Shown here piece after piece: positions 24,863 to 39,312 of a stretch of DNA of 64,000 nt. A program made the translations under genes and the position numbers. The notes below the pieces were generated by a model. That model searched no databases. It had not been told where the DNA came from and was given only the letters and a program-made list of their open reading frames with translations. The stretch is from Octopus sinensis (taxonomy: Eukaryota). Within the stretch, counting starts at the first letter, position 1. Each line of letters starts with the position of its first letter. The stretch covers positions 3,224,001 through 3,288,000 of the forward strand of contig NC_043014.1 of the NCBI RefSeq assembly GCF_006345805.1. The letters run 5' to 3'.

Positions 24863-25158
24863 TAGGAATATGGCATCTCTGATTCCACCACCACCTGATT
24901 CAAACTTAAATCACCACTGCCGCCGTCACCACCACCGCCACCACCACCACCGCCACCACCATCACCATCACCACCACTGCTAGCACCACCATCATCACCA
25001 CTACCACCACCACTTCCATCACCACTACTTCTGCCACTACCGCCACCACCACCACCATCATCACCACCTCCTCTTCCACCACCACAACCACCACTACCAC
25101 TACCACCATCACCACCACCACCACAACCACCACAACTATCATCACCACCACGACCACC

Positions 25159-25190
<32 letters not shown>

Positions 25191-25796
25191 CTACAACATT
25201 AGCAACAGCACCAATACCATCACTGCCAGCAACAAAAACAGTAATACTACCACCAACACCAGTAACTACTCTACCAATGCTACCATTATCAATACCACCA
25301 CCACTACCACCACTACTACGACCCGAACCACCACCGACAACAACACCAATGCTACAAACAACAAAAACAAGCTACATGGTGAGAGCAGTTTGCCAATAAA
25401 AGACATTACACAATAATGGTAATTAGTGATGTATAGGTGGGCGGTAGGGGTGGCGGTGGGGTAGAGGTGGGAGGAGGGAGGAGGACAGACAGACAGGTAG
25501 AGAGAAAGAGAGAGAGAGAGTCTACGAATTTGAGGGAGTGAGAGAGAGAGAGAGAGTATGTGTGAGTGTGTGGGTGGGTGTGTGCGCGTAGGCTGGGTAG
25601 ATACAGGTGGGAGAGAAACTGACATTACTGATAGACAGGTAGAGAGAGAAAGAGAGAGAGAGAGAATGTGAGACAGTCGATCACAGACATAAGCTACAAT
25701 GCTTTATATATATATTATATATTAATATATATATATGGTATTATATTATATATATATATATATATGTATGTGTGTATATATTGTAGTATATAAATA

Positions 25797-25841
<45 letters not shown>

Positions 25842-25872
25842 TATACATATATATATATAATTATATATATAG

Positions 25873-25910
<38 letters not shown>

Positions 25911-26000
25911 CATATATGTGTGTATAATTATATATATTCAGATATATATGCCATATACATCATACACATGCATTCTCACAAAGAGGCTTACATATGTAAA

Positions 26001-26061
<61 letters not shown>

Positions 26062-26828
26062 CTATACACGCACTCACACACACACAGACACACACACCTG
26101 CAAACATGCTTGTTGCACACATACACACAAGCACATGCATATGCAGCCTCACACATATACGCACACAAAAAGCGAAAAAGTGGAAAGCAAAGGTGTAGGG
26201 GACAGAGGGGTAGGGTTAGGGATAGGGGGTAGGTAGGGGGGCACTTATCAAAGAAAAAAAAATCACCTCTTTTCAAAAAATTGAATTGGTTTGGTGGGTG
26301 GGTGGGTGGGTGGGGGGAGATGGAAGGCGGGAGGGTGCTGTGAGGCGAGTGGCGGGTTGAGGAAAGAGGGGTTGCTGCATGCTGGGTCAGGGTGGGGGTG
26401 GGGGATAGTAATATGAGAGGGAGGAGGAGGAGGGAGTTTGTTGTCGGTGGCAGGGGTGGTGTGTGACATGACAGAGGTGAGGGAGCAGACAGGTGTGTGC
26501 GTAGAGGGGGAGAGGAGGTTATGTGGGAATGGGAGGGCAGGAGTTGGGGAAGGAGGAGGAGGAGAGAAAAAGGTGAAGAGGGAGAGGAAGAGGGGCAGGA
26601 GAATAAAATATTTTACAGAAAGTTCTGGAGTAAATTGAATTGCTTCCAAAAATGGTCTGTTCTTGGTGGTGGTGGTGGTGGTGATGTTAATGGTGGTGGT
26701 GGTGATGTTAATGGTGGTGGTGGTGGTAGTAGTGTCATCAGTGGTGTTGGTGATGGTGGTGGTTTTGGTGGTGGTGGTGGTGGTAGTGGTGGTGGTGGTG
26801 GTGGTGGTGGTTGTGGTGTCATCAGTGG

Positions 26829-26859
<31 letters not shown>

Positions 26860-27732
26860 GGTGACGGTGGTGGTGTCATCAGTGGTGTTGGTGGTGGTGG
26901 TGGTGACGCAGTTGATGTTGATATTTGTGGTGGTGGTCACATTAATACCATTGCTATTGTTTAGCCCCCCCCCCAATTCAACTCTGATCAAGTGGACCTA
27001 TGATCACAGACATTCCTACCATGGCTATTACATCTATTTACATTATCCAATATGTCCTTTGTTTTTCTTTAAGACAACAGAGTACAATCTTGAAGGGATT
27101 TGACTGTTATTTCTAGCAAATAAGTTCACTACACAGTGGCTCTCACTCTGATATTGGTCTTTTAGATAAGAACATTCTTTTGTATTTAGGCTTTCCGGTT
27201 CAAATACTGCCAAAGATAACTTAGTTTTTCACCCTTCCAGGGTCAATGAAATACCAGCCCTTGTCCTGGTGTCTTTGAATCAACTGACCCCTCACTGATA
27301 ACTCATACAGGTGCAAGCATGGCTGTGTGGTAAGAAGCTTGCTTTCCAGCCACATGGTTCTGGGTTCAATCCCATTGCATGGCACCTTGAGCAAGTGTCT
27401 TCTACTATTTCATCAAGCCAACCAAAGTCTTGTTAGTGGATTTGGTAAATGGAAACTGAAAGAATCACATCATGTGTGTGTGTGTGTGTGTATGTGTTTG
27501 TTCCCCCACACCAATTGACAACTTGTTGGTGATGTGTTTACATCCCCATGATTTAGTGGTTCAACAAAAGAGACTGATAAAATAAATACCAGGCTTCATC
27601 ATCATCATCATCATCATCATCGTTCTCCATGCTAGCATGGGTTGGACGGTTCAACCAGGGATCTGGGAAGCCAGAAGGCTGCACCAGGCTCCAGTCTGAT
27701 CTGGCAATGTTTCTACAGCTGGATTCCCTTCC

Positions 27733-28278
27733 TACAGAGCCAGAGGCAGTTTCAACCAGGTTGGTATCAAAAGGGTTAAGAATTGTTTCTCTATTATATA
27801 TTTTAACCTTTTTCTTATCATATTTCTGTTGAGATGCTCTGTGTTTCTTTCAATTATTCTAAATATAACAAAGAATTTAGTAAAATAACTTAGTTATCAT
27901 TCAGCTAGTGTTAGGAACATAAATTGTGACTAAGGTTTGGTGGAAGATTTTAATTCAGAACTTTTGAAAACAAGACATTTGTACTACAGAGCCAGAGGTG
28001 GTTTCAACCAGGTTGGTATCAAAAACGGTTAAGAATTGTTTCTCTATTATATATTTTAACCCTTTTGTTACCAAATTTCTGTTGAGATGCTCTGTATTTC
28101 TTTCAATTAATTTTAAATATAACAAAGAATTTAGTAAAATGACTTCGTTACCATTATGCAAGTGTTAGGAACATAAATTGTGACTAAGGTTTGGTGGAAG
28201 ATTTAATTCAAAACTTGTGAAAACAAGACATTTGTACTCAGAGTCAGAGGCAGTTTCTGCCGGGTTGGTAACGAAAGC
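27733..28278. mobile_element. Tandemly duplicated piggyBac-type MITE of a second family (~253-bp period)
   Basis: TTAA|CCCTTTTGTTACC ... GGTATCAAAAGGG|TTAA termini; identical spacer GAATTGTTTCTCTATTATATATT between copies. Confidence 0.65.
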
Positions 28279-29369
28279 AGTTGTTGTTATAGGACTATCA
28301 GCCAATTCTATCATGACCATCTCTCTGCCACAATCCTTTGACAGGGAAGAAGAACAGGAAGGTAGCTTTCCATTGTTTGGTAAACATGGAGAAACAATTT
28401 AACGTTGGAAGTTGGGTGGTGGTTGTCATTGGGTGTGGGGTGGTGGACAATTTTCATCAAAGAGAAGGATTGGGTGTGTGGGGATAAGGGTGGGGGTGCT
28501 AAAGATGGAACTTTTCCCCTCGGGGGGGGGGCAAATCTCCATCATCCTCTTCAAGTGATATTTGAAGAGGAAACTTTACTGCATAAATTTGGAGAAAATT
28601 AATTTTACTCAATATTTCACTTAAAATGTTGCTGTAATCATCATCAAAGGAGATTTTTAAAAGATACTTAACCATTCACACTTCTTGCTGTTGTTGTTGT
28701 CATAATTTTTATTATTATTATTCATTGTCATTGTTGTTGTTGTTGCTGTTATTATTATCAATATTGTTATTATTATTCATTGCTGTCATTATTTTTTTGT
28801 TATTGTTTATTATCATTGTTGATGCTGTTGTCATTACTATTGTTGTTGACGTTGATTCCGCTGAGGTCGACTTTGCCTTTCATCCTTTCGGGGTCGATTA
28901 AATAAGTACCAGTTACACACAGGGGTCGATATAATCGACTTAATACCTCTGTCTGTCCTTGTTTGTCCCCTCTGTGTTTAGCCCCTTGTGGGTAGTAAAG
29001 AAATAAGTAATAGTAACAGAGAGACAATAGTTACAATGATAAGGGTTTCGGTTGACCCAGTCAATGGAACAGCCTTCTTGTGAAATTAATGGGCAAGTGG
29101 CTGAGTACTCCATAGACAAGGGTACCCTTAATGTAGTTCCCAGTGAGATTCAGAGTGACTCTGTGTGTGACAAGGAGTTACTATAGAGAAATAGTTACTC
29201 TACCGATGTGTGCAATCTGATTGATTTATGTCGGTGAATAAGGATGAGTTTGGCAGGACTTGGACTCAGAATTTAGCTAAAACAACTTGAATACAAAGTA
29301 AAGATTATTTGCCAATTAAAGATTATTTAGGATGAATGTTGCTGTAATTTAGCCTCAGGAGACATCTTA

Positions 29370-29795
29370 TTTTTGAGTATTGTTGCTGAAAATCTCACCA
29401 TGAAAGATTTATAAATAGTAATTTCCAATTTAAATTCAGTAAAATATTTTGTCCACTCTCCAATTCTAGCAGACCAGATGCTGAAGCAAAATAAACCTGA
29501 CTTAGTGGTGATGGACAAAGCAAACCACGTGTGTTCTGTAATTGATGCTGCATACCAACTTGATTTATATATAGTTAAGGAGGAAGGCTAGAAATCCTCT
29601 AATACGAGATAGGCTAACTGTGGGTGTCGTAAAAGGTGAAGACATTACCAATTATTGTTAGGGCCTTGGGAACAGTTTCAAAAGGATATTGAGAAGAACA
29701 TAAAGAAAATGAGAATGGAGTGTCCAGTAGAGTTATTGCGAAAGGTTTGCCTCTTTGGCATGACCAGAATCATTAGGAAAATACAAAACAGGTGA
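29370..29795 (+). pseudogene. Restriction-like endonuclease C-terminus of an R4/Dong-type non-LTR retrotransposon, disrupted
   Basis: DQMLKQNKPDLVVMDKANHVCSVIDA...PIIVRALGTVSK...LLRKVCLFGMTRIIRKI matches the RPDIVxxD..D..K..IPxxIGALG..LQKxxLLGTARILR pattern; contains stops and frameshifts. Confidence 0.75.
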
Positions 29796-31128
29796 AGATA
29801 ACGAATAGCATTATACCATAGGCTGCAGGTAGCAAACCCACTGCTCACACAAGATTCCAGGGGTTGCAGCAAAACCTGAATAAAATGAATAAATAATAAT
29901 AATTTTGTAGGCACAGGAGTGGTTGTGTAGTAAGTAGATTGAATCCCAACCACATGCATCCGGGTTCAGTCCCACTGCATGGCACCTTGGGCAAGTGTCT
30001 CCTACTATAGCCTCGGGCCGACCAAAGCCCTGTGAGTGGATTGGGTAGACGGAAACTGAAAGAAGCCTGTTGTATACACACACACACACACATATGTGGC
30101 TGTATGGTAAGAAGCTTGCTTCCCAACTACATGGTTCTGAGTTCAGTCCCACTGCATAGCACCTTGGGCAGGTGTCTTCTATTATAGCCTCGGGCCAACC
30201 AAAGCCATAAAAAAAAGCCATGTTTTTAACAAATTCCATCTTGACCTATGCAAGCAAAATTGGATGATAAACCAATGATGATGATGATGATGATGATGGT
30301 GGTGATGGTGATGGTGGTGGTGGTGATGATGATGATGATGGGGATGATGATGGTAGTAGTGGTGGTGGTGTGATGATGATGATGATCGTGATGGTGATGA
30401 TGATGATAGTGGTGATGGTGATGATGATGATGGTGGTGATGGTGATGATGATGATGGTGGTGATGGTGATGATGATAATGGTCGTGATGGTGATGATGAT
30501 GATGGGGATGATGATGATGGTAGTGATGGTGGTGGGAGCAATGATTATGATGAATGGGAAAATGACAATGATACTGCTGCTGCTGCTGATGATGATGATG
30601 ATGGTGGTGATAATGATGATGATGATGGTGATGGCAGCAGTGGGAGTGATGATTATGATGAATGGGAAAATGATAACAATAATTATGACAATGCCTATGA
30701 CGACGACGATAATGACAATGATGATGATGACGACGACAACGACGATGACGATGATAATAAACGAAGCGATGATGTAAAGAAGAAGGCAAGTGCCTGGCAA
30801 CGTAAAAGACACGACACCCCAGCCATCCGACAATATTCCATGCTATACTTAGAAAGAACACTTCCAATCAATACCAGTGACAAGCAAACCTAGAATTTCA
30901 GATCAATGAATGCATCAGATGGAAAGACTTACAGCAGTATATGCAGCAGCAGAGTGTGTGCAACAGTGCATCGGTGAATTGCATTCTGGGAGCGTAAAAG
31001 TAGCGACGCATTCGCTGTTTTGTGTCATAGGAGGAGACAGCCGTAATGACAACAACAATAGTAGTGATAATAATGATAATAATAATAACAACAACAACGA
31101 TGACGACGACAACGACGATGATAATAAC

Positions 31129-31162
<34 letters not shown>

Positions 31163-31168
31163 GTAGTG

Positions 31169-31232
<64 letters not shown>

Positions 31233-31240
31233 TAATAATA

Positions 31241-31273
<33 letters not shown>

Positions 31274-31700
31274 TTAATAAAAATAAAAATAAAAATACTA
31301 ATAATAATAATAATATAATAATAATAATAATAATAAATAATAAAATGATAATAATGATAATGATAATAATTATAATGATGATGATGATATGATGAATGTG
31401 TGAACAGAGGTGTCATTAGCTGGTTGTGTCTGTGTGTGTGTGTATGTAGACAGTTACACACATGCACACATTCCCATATATATATATATAAATATACAAA
31501 CACATACCTATAATGTATACAGGTACATGTGTATATATTATATATATATTATATATATATATATATTATATATATATAGATAGATAGATATAGAGATATA
31601 TATATATATATAGCATATATATTCTATATATATCTACATATATATTGCGTGTGTGTGTGTATATATATCTGTGTATATATGTATAGTATATATATATATC

Positions 31701-31731
<31 letters not shown>

Positions 31732-31735
31732 ATAA

Positions 31736-31768
<33 letters not shown>

Positions 31769-31813
31769 TTGATAGATAGATAGATAGATAATGATATACA
31801 TATGCAAGTATAC

Positions 31814-31844
<31 letters not shown>

Positions 31845-31872
31845 GGGTTTGCACCTAGAGAGATACCCTCTG

Positions 31873-32210
31873 AGGCACATGGCTCAGTGGTTAGAGCGTT
31901 GAGCTTACGATCGTGAGGTTGTGAGTTCGAATCCCGGACCGGGCTGCGTGTTGTGTTCTTGAGCAAAGCACTTTATTTCACGTTGCTCGAGTTCACTCAG
32001 CTGTAGAAATGAGTTGCGACGTCACAGGTGCCAAGCTGTATCGGCCTTTGTCTTCCCTTGGATAACACTGGTGGCGTGGAGAGGGGAGGCTGGTATGCAT
32101 GGGCGACTGCTGGTCTTCCATAAAAACAACCTTGCCCAGACTTTGCCTCAGAGGGTAACTCTCTAGGTGCAAACCCATGGTCACACATGACCGAAGGGGT
32201 CTTTACCCTT
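31873..32210 (+). mobile_element. tRNA-derived SINE family E
   Basis: GGCACATGGCTCAGTGGTTAGAGC A-box-like and GAGTTCGAATCCC B-box-like motifs; inverted copy at 59420-59642. Confidence 0.85.
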
Positions 32211-33039
32211 TTATATATATATACAACACATATATATATATATATCATATATATATATATATTATATATATATATATATCTATAATATATATATAAACAC
32301 ACACACATATATAAATATACAGAGAGAGTGGTGTGTGTATGTGAAAAGAAAGAGAGAGCGAGGAGGAAGAGAGTGGTTGATATATCCATATATATATATA
32401 TATATATATATTATATTAATGTAGTTAAATGAAGCTATGACTTGCAAGTGAGTAAGACCTGGTAAGATGTACCATGCTTTCTCTAATTCTTTTAGGTGCC
32501 TGGGTAGTCACAACAAGACACAAAGACCCTCACAAACCTCCCCCATCTTGGCCCAGCAGAAGAGCCCTTTCAGCTGATGGGAGAAAGGACATCTCCAGCA
32601 CTAGGCTGGCATGCATTTATAACTGTGTCGATTGGAGCAGCATCTAATGAAGAACCTTGCTCAAAGACGTGATGTACCACTACCCAAGCCAAGTATTGAA
32701 CTCACAACTTCATGACCATAAGCCCAAAATCCTAGTGACATTCCCAAGTACATAAAAGGCACTGTATGGGGAGTGAGAGAGGGGCTAGTGCCTTCTTTAG
32801 ACATCAGGGTGCAGTGAATAGAAGGGGGTGAGGTCAGGTGGTAGAGGGGTGAGTGATAGCTGCATAAGGGAACACAGTATGGTTCAATGGTTAAGAAGCT
32901 TGTTTTGGAATCATGAGATCCTAGGTTCAATCCCGTAGTGTGGAATTTGTGTGGCAAATGTCTTCTGCCATGGGCTGAAGTGGTGGTGGGTGGGGGCAGG
33001 TGGGGGTTTATCCTAAGCGTTTTGGATGAAAACAAGTAG

Positions 33040-33540
33040 GTGGTGGTGGTGGTGGTGGTGGTAGTGAAACAGTAAAGAGAGGAAGAGTGGGGAGGAGAGG
33101 AGGAGAAGAAGAAGAAGAAGAAGAAAAGAAGAAGGAGAAGAAGAAGAAGAAGAAGAAGAAGAAGAAGAAGAAGAAGAAGAGAAGAAGAAGAAGAAGGAAA
33201 AGAAGAAGAAGAAGAAGAAGAAGTAGAAAAGAAGAAGAAGATGAGGAAGAAGAAGGAGAAAGAGGAGGGGAGGGGATGAGGAGATGATGACGAAGGAAAG
33301 GAAGAAGGAAAAGAAAGAGGAGGAGGAAGGGGAGAAGGAGGAGAAGGAGGAGAAGAAGAAGAAGAAGAAGATGATGATGATGATGATGAAGAAGAAGAAA
33401 GAGGAGGAGGGGAAGGGGAGATGATGAAGAAGGAAAGGGAGAAAGAGGAGAGGAAAAGGAGGAGGAGGAGGAGGTGGTGGTGGAGGAGGTGGCGGAAGAG
33501 ACAAACAGGCAAGATAAAGGAAAACTGAAAAAGAAGATGA
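33040..33540. repeat. (GAA)n/(GGA)n purine tract
   Basis: Direct inspection. Confidence 0.95.
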
Positions 33541-34629
33541 GGAACCAAAAGTTATGGAATGGCAAAGAGCAACATCAACAATTTCCAAGAGATATAAAAA
33601 ACAAAAAAACAAAAACGAAGAAACAAACAATGAAATAACAAAACAAAACAACAAAGAATTTTTGGGACAAAAAGGAAACAATAATCCTTCCAAGTCAAAC
33701 GGGGGGGGGGAACACAAAAAGTTTCCAAAACCACAAAAAAAAAATTACAAAAAAAATTTACAAAAACAAAGGAAAAACAAAGAAATTTCCGAGTCAAAGA
33801 GTCATGGCTTTGAATGTTTCAGGAATATTATGGTTTTGGAACCTTAATGTAATTTTGGTGTCGACAAAATGTCTTTGAATGCATGGGGGTGGGTGGAGGG
33901 ATGGAGGGGGGAACTGGTGTAAGACATGGCTTTTTTTTTTGTTGTCAAAGAATGTCTTAAAGTTGAGGAATGTTGAAGGATTGGAGTTTGCAGTGGGGGT
34001 GTGGGGGGGTGGGGGGTTAGGGGGGAGTTCGGGGAGTGGTGTTAGAATTGCTGTATATCGTTGTTGTTGTTGTTACACGTGTTGCAGACAATACCAGACA
34101 GAGTCACCACTACTGCTACTACTACTACTACTACCATCACCACACACCACCACCACCACCACCACCACCAGCACTACTACCACCACCACCACTATCACCA
34201 ACATACTATCACCAACACCACCTCCACCACCACCACCACCATCACTACTATCACCACCAAAGAGACCGATAGAATAAGTACTAGGCTTAAGGTGGCGAGC
34301 TGGCAGAATCATTAGCACACCGGGCGAAACGCTTAGCAGTACTTCGTCCGACGCTGCATTCTGAGTTCAAATTCCGCCGAGGTTGACTTTGCCTTTCATC
34401 CTTTCGTGGTAGATAAATTAAGTACCAGTTACGCACTGGGGTCGATGTGATCGACTTAATCACTTTGTCTGTCCTTGTTTGTCCTCTCTGTGTTTGGCCC
34501 CTTGTGGGCAATAAAGAAATAAGAATCGTTAGCACGCCGGGTGAAATGCTTAGCAATAATTCATCTGCCGTTATGTTCTGAGTTCAAATTCCTCAAACGT
34601 CGACTTTGCCAACCACTTTACAGTGTGTG

Positions 34630-34690
<61 letters not shown>

Positions 34691-34693
<3 letters not shown>

Positions 34694-34872
34694 GTGAGGC
34701 CAATAATTTCATTAATTCATAAATGCAGTGATGAGTAAATCAATGGATGTACCCTGCAGTAAAGTCTAATGAATAACAACATATATAGTATGTGCATGCA
34801 CACACATGCACACGTGCACGTACACACGTATAGGTCGAGATCTAAATAGAGATATTGTCGACAAGAGAGAGA
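34691..34872. repeat. ~180-bp dispersed repeat, near-identical to 45045-45226
   Basis: CTCGTGAGGCCAATAA(A)TTTCATTAATTC...GATATTGTCGA in both copies, each beside (TA)n. Confidence 0.9.
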
Positions 34873-34897
34873 GAGAAAGACATATACATATACATAC

Positions 34898-34976
<79 letters not shown>

Positions 34977-35299
34977 CCACACACAGTAAAGTGGTTGGCA
35001 CGGGTTATAAAAGCCATGCCAAAACTGACCTCACCTGTGCTTGTGTTTTATAAAAAGCACTCAGTCCACTCTGCTGGGTGGTTGGCATCTGGAAGGGCAT
35101 CCAGCCATAAAACCCTGCCGAAACAGACACAGAAGCTTAGTTGCCTGGCCAACTCCTGTCAAACTGTCCAACCTATGCCAGCATGGAAGGCAGACATTAA
35201 ATGATGATGATGATGAGGAGGAGGAGGAGGAGGAGGAGGTTATATGTATACACACACACACACATACATACACACATAGAATACACACTGGGATATCCT

Positions 35300-36370
35300 A
35301 CTCATGATTTTAAGGTCGTGAGTTCAATTCCCGGTGACACTTTGTGTCCTTGAGCAAGACACTTTATTTCACGGTTCTCCTGTCCACTCAGCTGGCAAAA
35401 ACGAGTAGCCCTTTTATTTCAAAGGGTTGGCCCTTTCACATTCTGTGTCACACTGAATCTCCCAGAAATATATATTAAAGCAGCGTGCTGGCAGAAACGT
35501 TAGCACACCGGGCGAAATGCTTAGCAGTATTTCGTCTGCTGTTACATTCTGAGTTCAAATTCCGCCGAGGTCAACTTTGCCTTTCATTCTTTCAGGGTCG
35601 ATAAATTAAGTACCAGTTACGCACTGGGGTCGATATAATCGACTTAATCTGTCTGTCTGTCCTTGTTTGTCCTCTCTGTGTTTAGCCCCTTGTGGGTAGT
35701 AAAGAAACAGGTATTTTGTCTGCCATTACGTTTTGAGTTCAAATTCCGTCGGGGTCGACTTTGCCTTTCATCCTTTCGGGGTCGATAAATTAAGTACCAG
35801 TTACGCACTGGGGTCGATATAATCGACTTAATCCATCTGTCTGTCCTTATTTGTCCTCTCTGTGTTTAACCCCTTGTGGGTAATAAAGAAACAGGTATTT
35901 CGTCTGCCGCTACGTTCTGAGTTCAAATTCCGCCGGGGTCGACTTTGCCTTTCAACCTTTTAGGGTCGATTAAATAAGTACCAGTTACGCACTGGGGTCG
36001 ATATAATCGACTTAATCCATCTGTCTGTCCTTGTTTGAACTCTCTATGTTTAGCCCCTTGTAGGTAATAAAGAAACAGGTATCTTGTCTGCCATTACGTT
36101 CTGAGTTCAAATTCTGTCAGGGTCGACTTTGCCTTTCATCCTTTCGGGGTCAATAAATTAAGTACCAGTTACGCACTGGGGCCGATATAATCGACTTAAT
36201 CCATCTATCTGTCCTTGTTTTTCTCCTCTGTGTTTAGCCCCTTGTGGGTAATAAAGAAATAGGTATGTGTGTCTCTGGAGTACTCAGCCACTTGCATGTT
36301 AGCTTCACCAGCTGGCAGTTCCGTTGATCGGATTGAGTGGAACCCTCGTCGTCGTAACCGACCAAATGCC
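35300..36370 (+). mobile_element. SINE E-type element split by four tandem ~185-bp SINE B units (35485-36263)
   Basis: 5' part ends CTGAATCTCCCAGAAATATATATTAAAG and the 3' part resumes GTATGTGTGTCTCTGGAGTACTCAGCCAC; these parts are contiguous in the copy at 62822-63020. Confidence 0.8.
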
Positions 36371-36679
36371 AGGTTACGTATTGCATAGAAAAAAGAAGAG
36401 AAAAAACCCACACTCCATTGAGTTTGGACAATGATTAACTTTCTGACTTTCTGAAGAAATTCCAACAGACTTTATGCAAAACGTAAGAATCTAAAAATTC
36501 TAAGACTTTCTGATTCTCATATTCTTCATCTTAAAAAACAGAAAAAACAGAAAAAGAAGCAGCTGTCATTGTTTAGGATGTCGGAGAAGAGCAGAGATGG
36601 AGACAAAGTCGTGTTCGGATGAATGGGACAGCAGCCAAGATCTTTAATCAATTGTGGACAGATTGATGGAGAGGATTAT

Positions 36680-37720
36680 GGTGATTGGCACCGGTGGTGG
36701 TGGTAGTGGTGGTGGGAGGGGTGGTGGTGATAATGATGGTGATGATGCTGGTGGAGATTGTTCTTGTGATGGTTAGGATGGGTTAGGATGGTCATGTTAG
36801 TGGTAAGTAATGGTGTTCGTGGTAGTGGTGGTTGTGGTGTGGTGACGGTGGTCGTCGTCGTCATAATGATGGTGGTTGTTATTATGGTGATGTTAGTTGA
36901 TGGTGAATGTATGTGATGGCGGTGGTGGTAGTAGTGATAGTGGTGGTGGTGGTAGTGGTGGTGGCGGTGGTAGTGGTGGTGGTAGTGGTGGTGGCGGTGG
37001 TAGTGGTGGTGGCGGTGGTGGCGGTGGTGGCGGTGGTGGTAGTGGTGGTGGCGGTAGTGGTGGTGGTAGTGGTGGTGGCGGTGTAGTGGTGGTGGCGGTG
37101 GTAGTGGTAGTGGCGGTGGTAGTGGCGGTGGTAGTGGTGGTGGTAGTGGTAGTGGTGGTGGTAGTGGTGGTGGCGGTGGTAGTGGTGGTGGCGGTGGTGG
37201 CGGTGGTGGCGGTGGTAGTGGTAGTGGCGGTGGTAGTGGCGGTGGTAGTGGCGGTGGTAGTGGCGGTGGTAGTGGTAGTGGCGGTGGTAGTGGTGGTGGT
37301 GGTAGTGATAGTGGTGGTGGTGGTAGTGGTGGTGGTAGTGGTGGTGGCAGTGGTAGTGATGGTGGTAACTACAATGATTGTTAAGGTAGTGGCTGCGGTA
37401 GTGATGCTGCTGCTGCTGTTGACGATGATGACGATGATGACGATGATGACGATGGTTGTAGTAGCGACAGTGATGTAATGATGATAGTGATATTGATGAT
37501 GACAATGATGACGTTGGCAGTGATGACGGTGGTGGCGGCGGCGGCGGCGGTGGTGGTGGTGGCGGTGGTGGCGGTGGTGGTGGTGGTGGTGGTGTTGGTG
37601 GTGGTGGCGGTGGTGGCGGTGGTGGTGGTGGTGGTGGTGTTGGTGGTGGTGGCGGCGGTGGTGGTGGTGGTGGTGTTGGTGGTGGTGGTGGTGTTGGTGG
37701 TGGTGTTGGTGGTGGTGGTA
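36680..37720. repeat. ~1-kb (GGT/GGC/AGT)n tract
   Basis: Direct inspection. Confidence 0.95.
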
Positions 37721-38877
37721 TCATCGATAATGTTCTTTGTAACAACAATCAATCGAATCAGGTTATTAATCTATAACGATGTATTCACAGGATGTCAGCC
37801 ATGTTTGTAGGTCGGCTCTTCTTGTACTCCACCGCGTACTCCGTACTCCGTACTCCACTCTGCTCTACCACATAATGTACTGTAATGGCTGTCTGTCACA
37901 TGGTTTGCGTTTTGTGTTTCGCTTTTTGGTTTTTTTTTTTGTCTTTTTTTGCTCTTTTAATTAAAATCCGCTCCGAGACACAGATTTCAGGTGAAAGACA
38001 TTTACAATGATATTTACATCTGGATTTATGAAGGGAAGAATTGATTTCTCTCTCTTTCTCCCCCCCTCTCTCTCTCTCTCTCTCTAATGTGTCTGAAGGT
38101 TGTCTATGGGTCCTGTTTATGGTAGTGGTAATGATGATGATGATGATAGTGGTGGTGGTGGTGGTAATGATGATGATGGTGATGGTGGTAGTGGTGGTGG
38201 TGGCAATGACGATGATGACGGTAGTGGTGGTGGTGGTGGTGGTGGTGGTAGTGATAGTGGTGGTGGTGGTAGTGGTGGTGGTAGTGGTGGTGGCAGTGGT
38301 AGTGGTGGTGGCAGTGGTAGTGATGGTGGTGGTTATGGTGGTAGTGGTGGTGTTGGTGATGGTGGCAGTAGTGGTGATTGTGATGGTGGTGGAGGTGGTG
38401 GTGGTGGTGGCAGTGGTGGTGTTGGTGGTGGTGGCAGTAGTGGTGATTGTGATGGTGTTAGTGGTGGTGATGGAGGTAGTGGTGGAAATGACGATGATGA
38501 CGATGATGGTGGTAGTGGTGGTTATGTTGGCGGTGGTGGTGTTGGTGGTGGCGGTAGTGGTGATTGTCCGAAAGGAGACAATGCCAAACAGACATAGAGC
38601 CAAATGGACGTAAAGCCAAACAGACGTAAAGCCGAACAGACACAATAAAAAAACAAAACCATTCCTACCTACATAGCTTAATGACCAATTCACCAATTCC
38701 ACACTTGAGATTTAACGAGATTAAATTTTAATTTTTGTATGTCTTTTTGGCATCTTGTCCCTCCGGTCTTAAGTCCAGTTAGCATTGTGTCCATTCGGCT
38801 TAAAGTCCTTTCAGCACTTCGTCCATTTGGCCTTTTGGCTTTGGCTTCTTGTCCCTCAGCAAAAGTGCATTCAGCAT

Positions 38878-39312
38878 CCTCTTTTACTCTTTTACTCTTT
38901 TACTTGTTTCAGTCATGTGACTGTGGCCATGCTGGAGCACCGCCTTTAGTCGATCAAATCGACCCCAGCACTTATTCTTTGTAAGCCTAGTACTTATTTT
39001 ATCGTCCTCTTTTTGCCAAACCGCTAAGTTATGCGGACGTATACACACCAGCATCGGTTGTCAAGCAATGTTGGAGGGGGGGACAAACACAGAACAACAC
39101 ACAACCGCACATACATATATATATAATATATAATATATATTATATATATATATACATATATAGATGGGCTTCTTTCAGTTTCCGTCTACCAAATCCACTC
39201 GCCCGAGGCTATAATAGAAGACACGTACCCAAGGTGCCACACAGTGGGACTGAACTCGGAACCATGTGGTTCGTAAGCAAGCTACTTACCACACAGCCAC
39301 TCCTGCGCCTAT
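38878..39312 (-). mobile_element. SINE family A
   Basis: Reverse complement of the family A consensus with a TA insertion. Confidence 0.85.

Noticed and set aside
26205-26240. Interstitial telomeric repeat, also near 39600
   Set aside because: Only 1-2 TTAGGG units within G-rich low-complexity DNA
31873-31950. tRNA gene, here and at other SINE heads
   Set aside because: A/B boxes run into SINE bodies and no complete cloverleaf acceptor stem is seen
34728-34800. C/D-box snoRNA (GTGATGA)
   Set aside because: No downstream CTGA D box or terminal stem
36680-37720. Gly-rich structural protein exon
   Set aside because: Pure trinucleotide mosaic with no splice or unique-sequence support
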